Shown here: positions 33,115 to 41,819 of the stretch, one piece after another | How the letters are laid out: each line of letters begins with the position of its first letter | How positions within the stretch are numbered: position 1 is the first letter of the stretch | Assembly: GCA_963747695.1 (NCBI GenBank) | Contig: CAVVFV010000008.1 | Span: 139,592-203,591 of the forward strand | From: Candidatus Falkowbacteria bacterium | GTDB taxonomy: Bacteria; Patescibacteriota; Patescibacteriia; Patescibacteriales; WJLG01 | DNA: 64,000 nt | Direction of reading: 5' to 3' | Made by a program: the position numbers and the translations under genes | The notes under the pieces: model-generated | The model's input: only the letters and a program-made list of their open reading frames with translations | Database searches by the model: none | What the model was told of the DNA's origin: nothing

Positions 33115-36033
33115 ATGCCATCAGCAATTAGCATCGGAACAAGAGATATTCCCTTAAAATTAGCCAATTCCATTACACAGAAAGTTAATGATTCTTGGGT
33201 TAGCGGTGAAATGCTGTCTAAGGTTTCTTTGGTTACTCAAGATCTTCTGAAATACTGGTTTAAAGAGCCGCACACTGAAACGCGATATGTTAATTTTCAT
33301 GAAGGCCAAAGGCAGGCGATTTTGAATGCTATTTATTTGCATGAAGTTTTAGGTGTTAAGAAAGTAAAAGATGTTTACGAAAATATAAATTTTGAGTTAT
33401 TGCCGGAAATTGATATCGCGGAATTAGCCAAAGATAAATACAGCATTCCCAAGTATGCCATTAAGATGGCGACTGGCACCGGTAAAACTTGGGTGATGCA
33501 TGCTTTGGTTATTTGGCAATATTTGAATGCAAAATATGAAATAGAAAAATCTGGCAAATTTACAAAGAATTTTTGTTTAGTCGCGCCAGGAATTATTGTT
33601 TACGAGCGCCTACTGGATGCTTATCTGGGAAAAGAAAACGAAGCGCAAGAAAGACAATTTGAACAATCCGACTTTTTTAAATTTAAAGATTTGTTTATCC
33701 CGCCGCAATACCGCGACGAAGTTTTTGGTTTTATTCAAAACAGTGTAGCGAAAAAACAAGAAATTGGAACCAAGGTGACTGGTGACGGTTTAATTGCTAT
33801 TGCCAATTGGCATTTGTTTATGGGCAAAGAAGAATCAGAAGAAGATAATGATTCGCCTTTGGATAATTCTGATTCGATTGTGAAAGATTTGCTGCCGGTA
33901 AGACCTGGCGTTTCCGGGGGCAACACTTTGGATTCTTTGGACGCTAATTATTTAAGTGGCCGCGAAGTTGACTATTTGGCGGAATTGCCGGATTTAATGG
34001 TGATGAACGATGAGGCGCACCATATCCATGAAAATAAAGTTTACGGCGAAATCAAAGAAGTTGAATGGCAAAAAAGTTTGAATAAAATCGCTGAAGGTAA
34101 AGGCGATAAATTTATCCAAGTTGATTTTTCGGCCACACCTTATGATGTTACAGGTAGTGGACAAAAGCGCCTCAAACATTATTTTCCACATATCATTGTT
34201 GATTTTGATTTGAAAACAGCGATTAGGCGGGGTTTGGTTAAAACAATTGCAATTGATAAACGCAAAGAATTTACTGATCTGGCGCTTGACTATAATGCGG
34301 TAAGGGAGGGGAATAAAGTTATTGGACTGTCGGATGGCCAAAAATTAATGATCAGAGCCGGCTTGAACAAGTTAAAAATTCTTGAAAATAGTTTTATCGA
34401 ATTTACCAAAGATAAGGATGGCGTTTCCAATAAGCATCCCAAGATGCTTATTATGTGCGAGGACAAAAGCGTCTCGCCGTTGGTTGAACAATTTATTAAA
34501 GATGAAGGTTTTTCTGATGATGACGTGCTTCGTGTAGACACCGGTAAGAAAGGTGAAGTTCCGGAAAGCGAATGGTTAACATTGAAGCAAAAACTTTTCA
34601 ATATTGATAAGCATAAAAGTCCAAAAGTTATTGTTTCAGTTTTAATGTTGCGGGAAGGTTTTGATGTTAGCAATATTTGCGTTATTGTGCCGTTGCGTTC
34701 TACGACCGCGCCGATTTTACTGGAACAGACAATTGGCCGCGGCCTTCGTTTGATGTGGCGCGAACCGGAATATGCGGAAATTAAGCAGGATAATATTCAT
34801 CGGTTGCTGGTGGAAAAACGCGAACCAAATAATTATTTAGATTTATTAACCATTATTGAGCATCCGGCCTTTGTTCAATTCTATGATGATTTATTGGCCG
34901 AAGGCTTAATTGGAGAAATTGAAAATGAGTTAGAAGGCAAGGATGTTTTGGGGGATATTTTAAAAGTAGGGTTAAAAGCGAATTACAAAGATTACGATTT
35001 ATTTTGGCCACTAATAATTAAAGAATCCGAAGAAGAATTGGTAAACGGCGAAGTTGGGATAGAAAAATTGGAACCATTTACGATTTATCCATTGGAAGAT
35101 TTGAAAAAGTTTTTTCAAAAAGAAGGAGAATTTTTTGTTTCCGAAGAGCTAACCGTTAAAACGAGATTTGGTGAATACAACGTTGATGCTAATTTATTTC
35201 AATCACAAAGCTACAATGAATATTTGGAGAAGATTTTAAATGTTGTTGTTAATCGGATGGCCAAAGTTGGTGTCCGTAAAACAAAAACTTTTCCAGTGAT
35301 GCAAATTAATAATTTGGAGGTGGTAAAGGTTATTGATAAATATATAAGAACCAAATTGTTTAAAGTGTTTTTTGATCCGTTTGTTGATAATAATTGGAAG
35401 GTACTGTTGCTTAAAAATGGTGTTGTCACTCAACACATCGTTATGGAGATTGCCAAGGTAATTATTGAGATGCAAAAGAATGTTGAAGTGAGCGAAGCTA
35501 AGATTGAAAAAAGATATTTTTCCGAGGTGTCGGAATTGAGAGTTAGAGAAAAATATTCTTTGGAAATTGCAAAAACTATTTATGAGCGTTTGCCGTATCC
35601 CTCAAATAAGGGCGGATTTGAAAAGGCATTGCTGGAATATGCTGATTCCGATGGCAAGGTTGAGGCGATTATGAAAGTAAACGAGTATTATCATAATTTT
35701 GCCAATATCACTTATATCAGAACCGACGGCTTCTTGTCGCTTTATTATCCGGATTTCATAGTGAAAACGGCGGATAAAATTTATTTGATTGAAACGAAAT
35801 CGGATAAAGATTTGAACGATCCAAATGTTAAACAAAAACAATTGGCGACACTTGATTGGATTAAAAGAATTAATCAATTAAGGCTCGAAGATCGGATGGA
35901 TAGGGAGTGGGAATATATATTACTTGGCGAAACGCATTTTTATGGCCTAAAAGATAACAATGCTTCAATTGACGAAATTTGCCGACTGGCAAAGGTAAAC
36001 GAGGCCCAAGCTGCAGGCAAACTTTTTGTTTAA
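33115..36033 (+). CDS. res: Type III restriction enzyme Res subunit (SF2 helicase plus C-terminal PD-(D/E)xK nuclease)
   Basis: Helicase motif I MATGTGKTW and motif II MNDEAHHI, then ..QTIGRGLR. C-terminal nuclease motif YYPDFIVKTADKIYLIETKSDKD. The start is ambiguous (33037 or 33115). Confidence 0.8.
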   Translation: MPSAISIGTRDIPLKLANSITQKVNDSWVSGEMLSKVSLVTQDLLKYWFKEPHTETRYVNFHEGQRQAILNAIYLHEVLGVKKVKDVYENINFELLPEIDIAELAKDKYSIPKYAIKMATGTGKTWVMHALVIWQYLNAKYEIEKSGKFTKNFCLVAPGIIVYERLLDAYLGKENEAQERQFEQSDFFKFKDLFIPPQYRDEVFGFIQNSVAKKQEIGTKVTGDGLIAIANWHLFMGKEESEEDNDSPLDNSDSIVKDLLPVRPGVSGGNTLDSLDANYLSGREVDYLAELPDLMVMNDEAHHIHENKVYGEIKEVEWQKSLNKIAEGKGDKFIQVDFSATPYDVTGSGQKRLKHYFPHIIVDFDLKTAIRRGLVKTIAIDKRKEFTDLALDYNAVREGNKVIGLSDGQKLMIRAGLNKLKILENSFIEFTKDKDGVSNKHPKMLIMCEDKSVSPLVEQFIKDEGFSDDDVLRVDTGKKGEVPESEWLTLKQKLFNIDKHKSPKVIVSVLMLREGFDVSNICVIVPLRSTTAPILLEQTIGRGLRLMWREPEYAEIKQDNIHRLLVEKREPNNYLDLLTIIEHPAFVQFYDDLLAEGLIGEIENELEGKDVLGDILKVGLKANYKDYDLFWPLIIKESEEELVNGEVGIEKLEPFTIYPLEDLKKFFQKEGEFFVSEELTVKTRFGEYNVDANLFQSQSYNEYLEKILNVVVNRMAKVGVRKTKTFPVMQINNLEVVKVIDKYIRTKLFKVFFDPFVDNNWKVLLLKNGVVTQHIVMEIAKVIIEMQKNVEVSEAKIEKRYFSEVSELRVREKYSLEIAKTIYERLPYPSNKGGFEKALLEYADSDGKVEAIMKVNEYYHNFANITYIRTDGFLSLYYPDFIVKTADKIYLIETKSDKDLNDPNVKQKQLATLDWIKRINQLRLEDRMDREWEYILLGETHFYGLKDNNASIDEICRLAKVNEAQAAGKLFV

Positions 36034-36096
36034 CGACTAATGGCTCATATCCCTAATTACGGGAGATAAAATGTCACGGGTTTTAGTAACCAATAT

Positions 36097-36891
36097 TTGA
36101 ATTTTAAAATTATGAAATTCATAGAAGAGATTTCCCCCGAAGTTTATAGAATAAAGAGATTACAAAATTTATTATCTAGAAGTTTAGACAATGATGCTGA
36201 TTTAATAGTCAGCGCTATATTATCAGAAATCAGAAAAATTTTAGAGGACAACAAAGGAGAGAGCTGTAAAAAGTATAAATATTTATCATTGTTCTGCGAC
36301 TGGGTGCTTCATAACAAGTTGGACCTACCTAAAAATGACGCACGTGAAAATATAATTAAAAAAGTTCACAATATACTTTTGCGGCATAACAGCATACAAA
36401 GGATGATTAAGCCTATAGAAGTGGAACTTTTCTATAATTTACGGAGAGATTTAAGAATTTTTCTAAAGAATCACAACCTATCAAGGAATTTAGTAAGAAC
36501 AAATGCGCGCTGGAAAATGTTTCTTGATGGATTAATTCTTGTAATCAGCTTTTCTCCATTGATTATTAACGAGGGCAATAAGAAAAAATTAAAAAAAATA
36601 CATGTTTTCAAGTATATCAAGGGGGACAAACAAACGCTAACAGTTAAGGCTATGACTTTGATAATACGACCCCCACACGTGCATAAGGCTAAGGGTGGAA
36701 AAAAATATTTAAATCCTGCCGAAGCTAATTGGATAATTGACTATAATGAACCCATAGACTTGGGTAAAGAAAAATTTTATCTTCCCACATCTATTCCTTT
36801 AATATACTATAGTCTTGGGAGGGATAATGCAGGATCGGAGTTAAACAAGGGGGTTTTAAATTTTTGGAGTGATTTTAAAATAGACGAATAA
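36097..36891 (+). CDS. hypothetical 264-aa protein, island cargo
   Basis: TTG start in the ORF track, with an in-frame ATG 5 codons in. Basic, Lys/Asn/Leu-rich, no motif. Confidence 0.5.
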   Translation: MNFKIMKFIEEISPEVYRIKRLQNLLSRSLDNDADLIVSAILSEIRKILEDNKGESCKKYKYLSLFCDWVLHNKLDLPKNDARENIIKKVHNILLRHNSIQRMIKPIEVELFYNLRRDLRIFLKNHNLSRNLVRTNARWKMFLDGLILVISFSPLIINEGNKKKLKKIHVFKYIKGDKQTLTVKAMTLIIRPPHVHKAKGGKKYLNPAEANWIIDYNEPIDLGKEKFYLPTSIPLIYYSLGRDNAGSELNKGVLNFWSDFKIDE

Positions 36892-37088
36892 TATAAAATT
36901 ATGGAAACAATTGGGAATAGGATTCGGCAATCGTTTGGTTTTAAGAAGAGGTCGTTTTTGAGGGTCGTGAATTTAGGGTTGAAGAGAAGTTATGAATAAA
37001 GTAGATTGTATCACTCACGTCATCAATCTTTCCATTAGCCCATTAATAGCCTCGTCACCGTTTTGCCCGTCCCGTTTTCACCCCGTCT

Positions 37089-37528
37089 TTTTCCCCTCAT
37101 TCCCCATTTTTTTCTTGGTTTTGGCCAGTAGCTGGAAAGTAGTATTTGAAATTGAATAAATCTGTAATTAATATTGGTAGTTAGTATAATTGGTTTAAGT
37201 AGTAATTGTAATTTGTAGTTTAGTCGTAGTGTCTTAGTGTAGTAATAATATATATTTGTCGTTCAGTTGATTCCGTTGTCGGAGTAATAGTCACTCATTT
37301 TTGAAAATAGAATTTGGCTAGGATAACTGCTTAAATCGGTGTCTGCTAGTTGAACCCGGGTTCAACTAGTCGTTCATACAGCTGTTCATATAGCTGTTCA
37401 CCTAGTTGGCCCCCTTGCTTTGAGCGTAAAACGGGAAAATGGCCGCTAGCTGGCGGCAGTTAGACGGCTATATTTTGGGTCAGGAATTCTCTAAAAAATA
37501 TCCTCGAGCGAGGTCATAGAGATGAGCA
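37089..37528. repeat. inverted-repeat arm B (right end of island)
   Basis: Reverse complement of 28562..29001. Ends ..gaggtcatagagatgagca at the B|Y junction. Confidence 0.85.
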
Positions 37529-37792
37529 TGTGAAATAAAATCGGCCTTCTTGGCCAATTTTATTTCACCATTTTGGGAAATGGATGAGAAGTTTATACCC
37601 CGGAGCCCCGCTTGCTTGCAAGCGGAATCAGGCGAAGGGGTAAATCCATGTCCCCGAACATGTGAAATAAAATCGGCCTTCTTGGCCAATTTTATTTCAC
37701 CATTTTGGGAAATGGATGAGAAGTTTATACCCCGGAGCCCCGCTTGCTTGCAAGCGGAATCAGGCGAAGGGGTAAATCCATGTCCCCGAACA
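37529..37792 (+). repeat. 2 x 132-bp perfect tandem repeat, each unit ending in the last 18 nt of tRNA-Gln
   Basis: Units 37529..37660 and 37661..37792 appear identical. Each ends aatccatgtccccgaaca and contains the hairpins gtgaaataaaatcggcc/ggccaattttatttcac and ccgcttgc/gcaagcgg. Confidence 0.9.
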
Positions 37793-37829
37793 TTGGGAAC
37801 AAAATGAATTTGTTCAACGATCTGGTAAA

Positions 37830-39581
37830 ATGAAAATTTATAAAAAAAAATTTATCTTCTTGGTGCTTTTATTGTTCGTGGTTTCGGGCTGCCAAGCCGG
37901 ATCTTTTAATAATAATACTAATCAGAAAAAAGAAAGTTCAACAGACAATAAAACTTTGGCAGCCGCGGCTTTCTTGCCGGTGAACGCCGCTAAGAATGAT
38001 ATTGCCACCGTGACGCCGCCGGTGGCTGGCAAGGACGTAAAAACGGCAAATACTACCGCGGCTATTAAAAAAAATTTGTCTGTTTCCTTGCCGGTTTTGG
38101 ATAAAGCTATCAGTTCTCCTTCTCCTCGCATTATAAATAATCAGGCGGTGGCTGTTTCCGGCCGAGTGAAGATTGCGGGGTTTCCGGTCGTGGCCGGAAT
38201 ATTAACGGGTAATTATGCCGCGATCGGAACCAGCAGCGTTATTAAAGCTTCCTCCACGTTTACCTGGTTGCGCGCCGCCTCAGCTAATGGCGTTTATACC
38301 GCGATTTCCGGGGCTAACGGTAAAACATACACCTTGACGGCGGCTGACTTAAACCAATACCTTAAATTGGAAGTCGCTTCTGCTAAAACCGCTTCGAGCT
38401 CCCGGATAGTTGAATTAAGCCTCGCGGTCGGACCGGTATTGGGCGTCGAGCATTATCTAAACCACATTCTTTCCACGGGACAAAGTTTGGCCTTGGGGCA
38501 TAATGGCTCTCCCGCCCTGACAACTGTGCAGCCTTATAATAATAAAATGCTCAGCGGCAATAGCCTTGTGCCATTAGTGGAAAATGGTGTCGAAACGATC
38601 AGCAGCGCCATGGCGAATTTTATCACGGCCAACACCGGCGGCCAGATAGCGGTTACGATTCACGGTGAGAATTCCCGCGATTATTCAAATTTAATGAAGG
38701 ACAGCGGTCCCTATAATAATGGATTGAGTCAGGCTAAGGCGGTGAAGATGGCGGCTACTGCTTCGGGAACGCCGGACCGTGTCATCGCCGTAACCGTTAT
38801 CCATGGCGAATCAAATCATATCATCGGAACCAGCCAAGCGCTCTACGAAGCCGATCTGGTTCAATGGCAAAAAGATTACAATAGCGACGTCAAAGCGATT
38901 ACCGGCCAGAGCCAGGATGTCCCTTTGTTCACTGATCAGATGAGTTCCCAAACCGGTTACAATTCGGCAACTTCCGCCATCCCGATGGCGCAACTTTCTG
39001 CTGCAGAAGATCATCCAGGCAAGATAATTATGGTTGGTCCGAAATATTTCTTGGATTATTCTGACATGGCGCATTTGACCAATACCAGTTATCGCTGGTT
39101 AGGGGAATATTATGGCAAGGTGATCAGTCGGGTTGTCTTTGCCGGAAAAACTTGGCAACCCTTAAGCCCGGTGACGGTCTGGAGAGCGGGCAAGGTGATC
39201 GATGCTAAGTTTCATGTGCCCGCCGGTCACTTGGCGATTGATACGTCCGCGGTTGCCCAAAGAACCAATTACGGTTTTGAATATGCAGATAGCAGTTCGT
39301 CAGCCGCAATCGAGAGCGTCCAATTATTGGGTACCGATACGGTTGAAATAATTTTAAATTCCACGCCGACGGGAACTCATCAACGATTGCGTTATGCCTA
39401 TCGCGGTGTTGCCGGCACCAAGCCCGGCGCGCAGAATGTCGGCGCGGTGGGTGGAAATTTGCGGGACACTGACGATACTGTTTCCCAATCCGGAGATCAT
39501 CTCTATGATTGGTGCGTCCAGTTTGATAAGCCGGTTGATATTTCAACTACCACGACTCAGGTTATCGGCCGGGCGAAATAA
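37830..39581 (+). CDS. lipoprotein with possible SASA/SGNH-type esterase domain
   Basis: 583 aa with lipobox VVSGC. LSTGQSLALG and VIHGESNH resemble the GQSN and QGES motifs of sialate-O-acetylesterase-like hydrolases, a weak match made from memory. Confidence 0.6.
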   Translation: MKIYKKKFIFLVLLLFVVSGCQAGSFNNNTNQKKESSTDNKTLAAAAFLPVNAAKNDIATVTPPVAGKDVKTANTTAAIKKNLSVSLPVLDKAISSPSPRIINNQAVAVSGRVKIAGFPVVAGILTGNYAAIGTSSVIKASSTFTWLRAASANGVYTAISGANGKTYTLTAADLNQYLKLEVASAKTASSSRIVELSLAVGPVLGVEHYLNHILSTGQSLALGHNGSPALTTVQPYNNKMLSGNSLVPLVENGVETISSAMANFITANTGGQIAVTIHGENSRDYSNLMKDSGPYNNGLSQAKAVKMAATASGTPDRVIAVTVIHGESNHIIGTSQALYEADLVQWQKDYNSDVKAITGQSQDVPLFTDQMSSQTGYNSATSAIPMAQLSAAEDHPGKIIMVGPKYFLDYSDMAHLTNTSYRWLGEYYGKVISRVVFAGKTWQPLSPVTVWRAGKVIDAKFHVPAGHLAIDTSAVAQRTNYGFEYADSSSSAAIESVQLLGTDTVEIILNSTPTGTHQRLRYAYRGVAGTKPGAQNVGAVGGNLRDTDDTVSQSGDHLYDWCVQFDKPVDISTTTTQVIGRAK

Positions 39582-39612
39582 TATTTTAAACTCACTCATA
39601 TTTAATAATGCT

Positions 39613-39774
39613 ATGGATAAAAAGATCATTTATATCGGCATGGTCATCGGTTCGGTAGTCGGAGGATATTTGCCGACCATTTTCGGCATCGGCGCGTTCT
39701 CGATTACGTCGGTTTTTTGCGGAGGTCTCGGCGGCATCATCGGCATTTGGCTGGCCTGGAAGATTAGCCGTTAA
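39613..39774 (+). CDS. small 2-TM Gly-rich membrane protein (53 aa)
   Basis: MDKKIIYIGMVIGSVVGGYLPTIFGIGAFSITSVFCGGLGGIIGIWLAWKISR. This is the tail of track ORF 39394..39774, which otherwise overlaps the upstream gene. Confidence 0.5.
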   Translation: MDKKIIYIGMVIGSVVGGYLPTIFGIGAFSITSVFCGGLGGIIGIWLAWKISR

Positions 39775-39797
39775 GGCAAAATATATCCGGTCGTTTT

Positions 39798-39820
39798 AAA
39801 CTCCTTCCAGGGAGTTTTTT
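39798..39820 (+). terminator. rho-independent terminator
   Basis: aaactcc-ttccag-ggagttt followed by a T run. Confidence 0.5.
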
Positions 39821-39844
39821 CGTATAAGATGATATAATGGTTTT

Positions 39845-41197
39845 ATGACTAAGAAATATCAATTTTTTTGGCTAGTTTTGTTGTTAGTGCTGCCGTGTTT
39901 TTTGTTCGGCTCGAAAATTTCCGCGCAGACCGCGGATTCTTACGCGCAGCAAATTTCGGACGTGAACGCGCAGCGGGCGGCGCTGCAAAAGCAGCTTAAT
40001 GATATTGAAGCGCAGATAACTCAGTATCAGAAAGACCTGACCAAGATTGGCGCGCAGAAAAATACTTTAGCCAAAAAAATTAAACAATTGCAACTCAAGC
40101 AGGCCCAATTGACTTTGCAGATCAAAGATATGACTTTGCGCTTGGAAGATTCTCAAGTGCAGATTTTGCAGAATCAGGCCGATGCCCAGGCGAATGAAAC
40201 GCAGATTTCGGCCCTAAAAGATCAGCTGGCTGAAATAATCAAACAAATGTGGAAGCTTGATCGTTATTCGTCTTTGGATATCCTGATCTCGTCGCAGAAT
40301 ATTTCCAGTTTTTATGATCGGTTACACAGCTTTCAAATAGTGGGCGACGGTTTGGGCCAGCTGCTGCAATCACTGAAGATTGCCGAACGTAATTTGCAGG
40401 ATACCCAAGACCAGCTGGCGGCCAAGCAAGTCGAAGAACAGAATTATGTGCAGATCGTCAGCTTGCAGCAAGACCAGCTGGTTTCCAATCTGCAGGATCA
40501 GAATACTTTGTTGGCGCAGACCAAGGGGCAAGAAGCTAATTATCAATCGATGCTGAAGCAGAGTACGGCCGCCGCGACCGCGATTCGCAACCGCATTTAT
40601 AGTTTGATCGAAGTCAGCCAGCAGATAACTTTCGGTCAGGCGGTTTCAATCGCGACTTGGGCCGGCGGACAAACCGGCGTGCGGCCGGCGTTGCTTTTGG
40701 CGATCTTGACGCAAGAATCGAATCTTGGGCAAAATGTCGGGACCTGTAACCGGCCAGGCGATCCGCCTTCGAAAAGCTATAAAGTGGTGATGAAACCCGA
40801 TCGCGACATTCAGCCTTTTTTGGATATCACCAAAGCATTAGGGCGAAACCCCGACGTCACTCCGGTGTCCTGTCCGATGCATGACAAGAATGGCGCGCAG
40901 ATCGGTTGGGGCGGCGCCATGGGTCCGGCGCAGTTCATTCCGTCAACTTGGGTTGGTTATGAGAGTAAGATTGCCGCAATCACCGGCGCGGCCGCCGACC
41001 CCTGGGATATCCGCGACGCCTTTCTAGCCGCGGCGGTCAAGCTGGCCGCCGATGGCGGAACCAACAAATCAGGGGAGTGGGCGGCGGCGATGAAATATTT
41101 TTGCGGTTCGACTAATTCCGCCTATAGTTTTTACGGTGATAACGTCGTGGCCACGGCCGACAAATATCAGGCGGATATTGATCAGCTCAATAAGTGA
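39845..41197 (+). CDS. secreted coiled-coil protein with C-terminal lytic-transglycosylase-like domain
   Basis: Signal peptide, then about 230 aa of Gln-rich coiled coil. C-terminal LLLAILTQESNLGQ.. and GAMGPAQFIPSTW resemble SLT/MltB motifs. Confidence 0.7.
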   Translation: MTKKYQFFWLVLLLVLPCFLFGSKISAQTADSYAQQISDVNAQRAALQKQLNDIEAQITQYQKDLTKIGAQKNTLAKKIKQLQLKQAQLTLQIKDMTLRLEDSQVQILQNQADAQANETQISALKDQLAEIIKQMWKLDRYSSLDILISSQNISSFYDRLHSFQIVGDGLGQLLQSLKIAERNLQDTQDQLAAKQVEEQNYVQIVSLQQDQLVSNLQDQNTLLAQTKGQEANYQSMLKQSTAAATAIRNRIYSLIEVSQQITFGQAVSIATWAGGQTGVRPALLLAILTQESNLGQNVGTCNRPGDPPSKSYKVVMKPDRDIQPFLDITKALGRNPDVTPVSCPMHDKNGAQIGWGGAMGPAQFIPSTWVGYESKIAAITGAAADPWDIRDAFLAAAVKLAADGGTNKSGEWAAAMKYFCGSTNSAYSFYGDNVVATADKYQADIDQLNK

Positions 41198-41279
41198 TGG
41201 GTTCGCCGGGCACTTGAGCCGGAAAGAAATTTGTGCTAAATTCATATCATTGACATTAACCGATATTATTGATTTATTT

Positions 41280-41813
41280 ATGGTAAAAATTACATCGATT
41301 TTAGTTTTTTTAGGCTTGCTATTTTTAATTGCGGGGGTCAGTCCGGTCAACGCGGCAGCCAAAAGCACCACTAAAGTATGTGCTGCCAGCGCTTTGGGTC
41401 TGCAGTTTTCTTACCCGGCGAGTTGGGGAAAGTGCACCGTAAGCGGAAGCAATATTTCTTTCCGGACCGATTATAAAAAAAAGGTGGTTTATCTGGTGGC
41501 GGAAATTTCCAAAAATCGTAAGACTGATCTAACGGCGTATGCCAAGGACAAAGAAAGCATCGGCTTTGATTTTGAGCCGATCGCCGGCGGCGAGATTTTT
41601 GATACCCTTTGCCGCGGCACTTTGGGTTGCAACGCCGCGGTCATCGGTAAAAACATCTATTCGGTTTATTGGGACGTTAAAGTAGGTTCCAAATCTTCAA
41701 AATATAATTCCTACGGCTTGACGCCCGACGACATCCGCAATCTGATCAAATCCGTCAAAGAAACCGCGCTGGCGAAAACAAATATGGTGAAAGCCGCCGC
41801 TAATGGTAAATAA
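41280..41813 (+). CDS. secreted hypothetical protein
   Basis: Start moved to ATG 41280 (MVKITSILVFLGLLFLIAGVSPVNAA signal). The earlier part of the track ORF overlaps the upstream gene. Confidence 0.55.
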   Translation: MVKITSILVFLGLLFLIAGVSPVNAAAKSTTKVCAASALGLQFSYPASWGKCTVSGSNISFRTDYKKKVVYLVAEISKNRKTDLTAYAKDKESIGFDFEPIAGGEIFDTLCRGTLGCNAAVIGKNIYSVYWDVKVGSKSSKYNSYGLTPDDIRNLIKSVKETALAKTNMVKAAANGK

Positions 41814-41819
41814 TTTTTT

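Larger units (their letters stand above)
25278..37528. mobile_element. integrated element at tRNA-Gln (serine-recombinase island with R-M and orphan cargo)
   Basis: Bounded by the junctions tRNA-3'end|X (25277/25278) and B|Y (37528/37529). An internal inverted B|X junction lies at 28561..28564 and an unoccupied tRNA-end|Y junction at 37660/37661. The cargo is visibly AT-rich and the encoded proteins are Lys/Asn/Ile-rich. Confidence 0.75.

Noticed and set aside
37529-37792. Possible CRISPR array (tandem repeats here, plus the many short-motif repeats in spacers).
   Set aside because: The units are directly abutting 132-bp copies with no unique spacers. The other repeats are inverted pairs of variable words, not regularly spaced direct repeats, and no cas genes are present.
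37480-37807. ORFs 37550..37807 (+) and 37480..37689 (-) with internally repeated peptides.
   Set aside because: They are read-through of the 2 x 132-bp tandem repeat and the inverted-repeat arm. The repeated peptide simply mirrors the DNA repeat.
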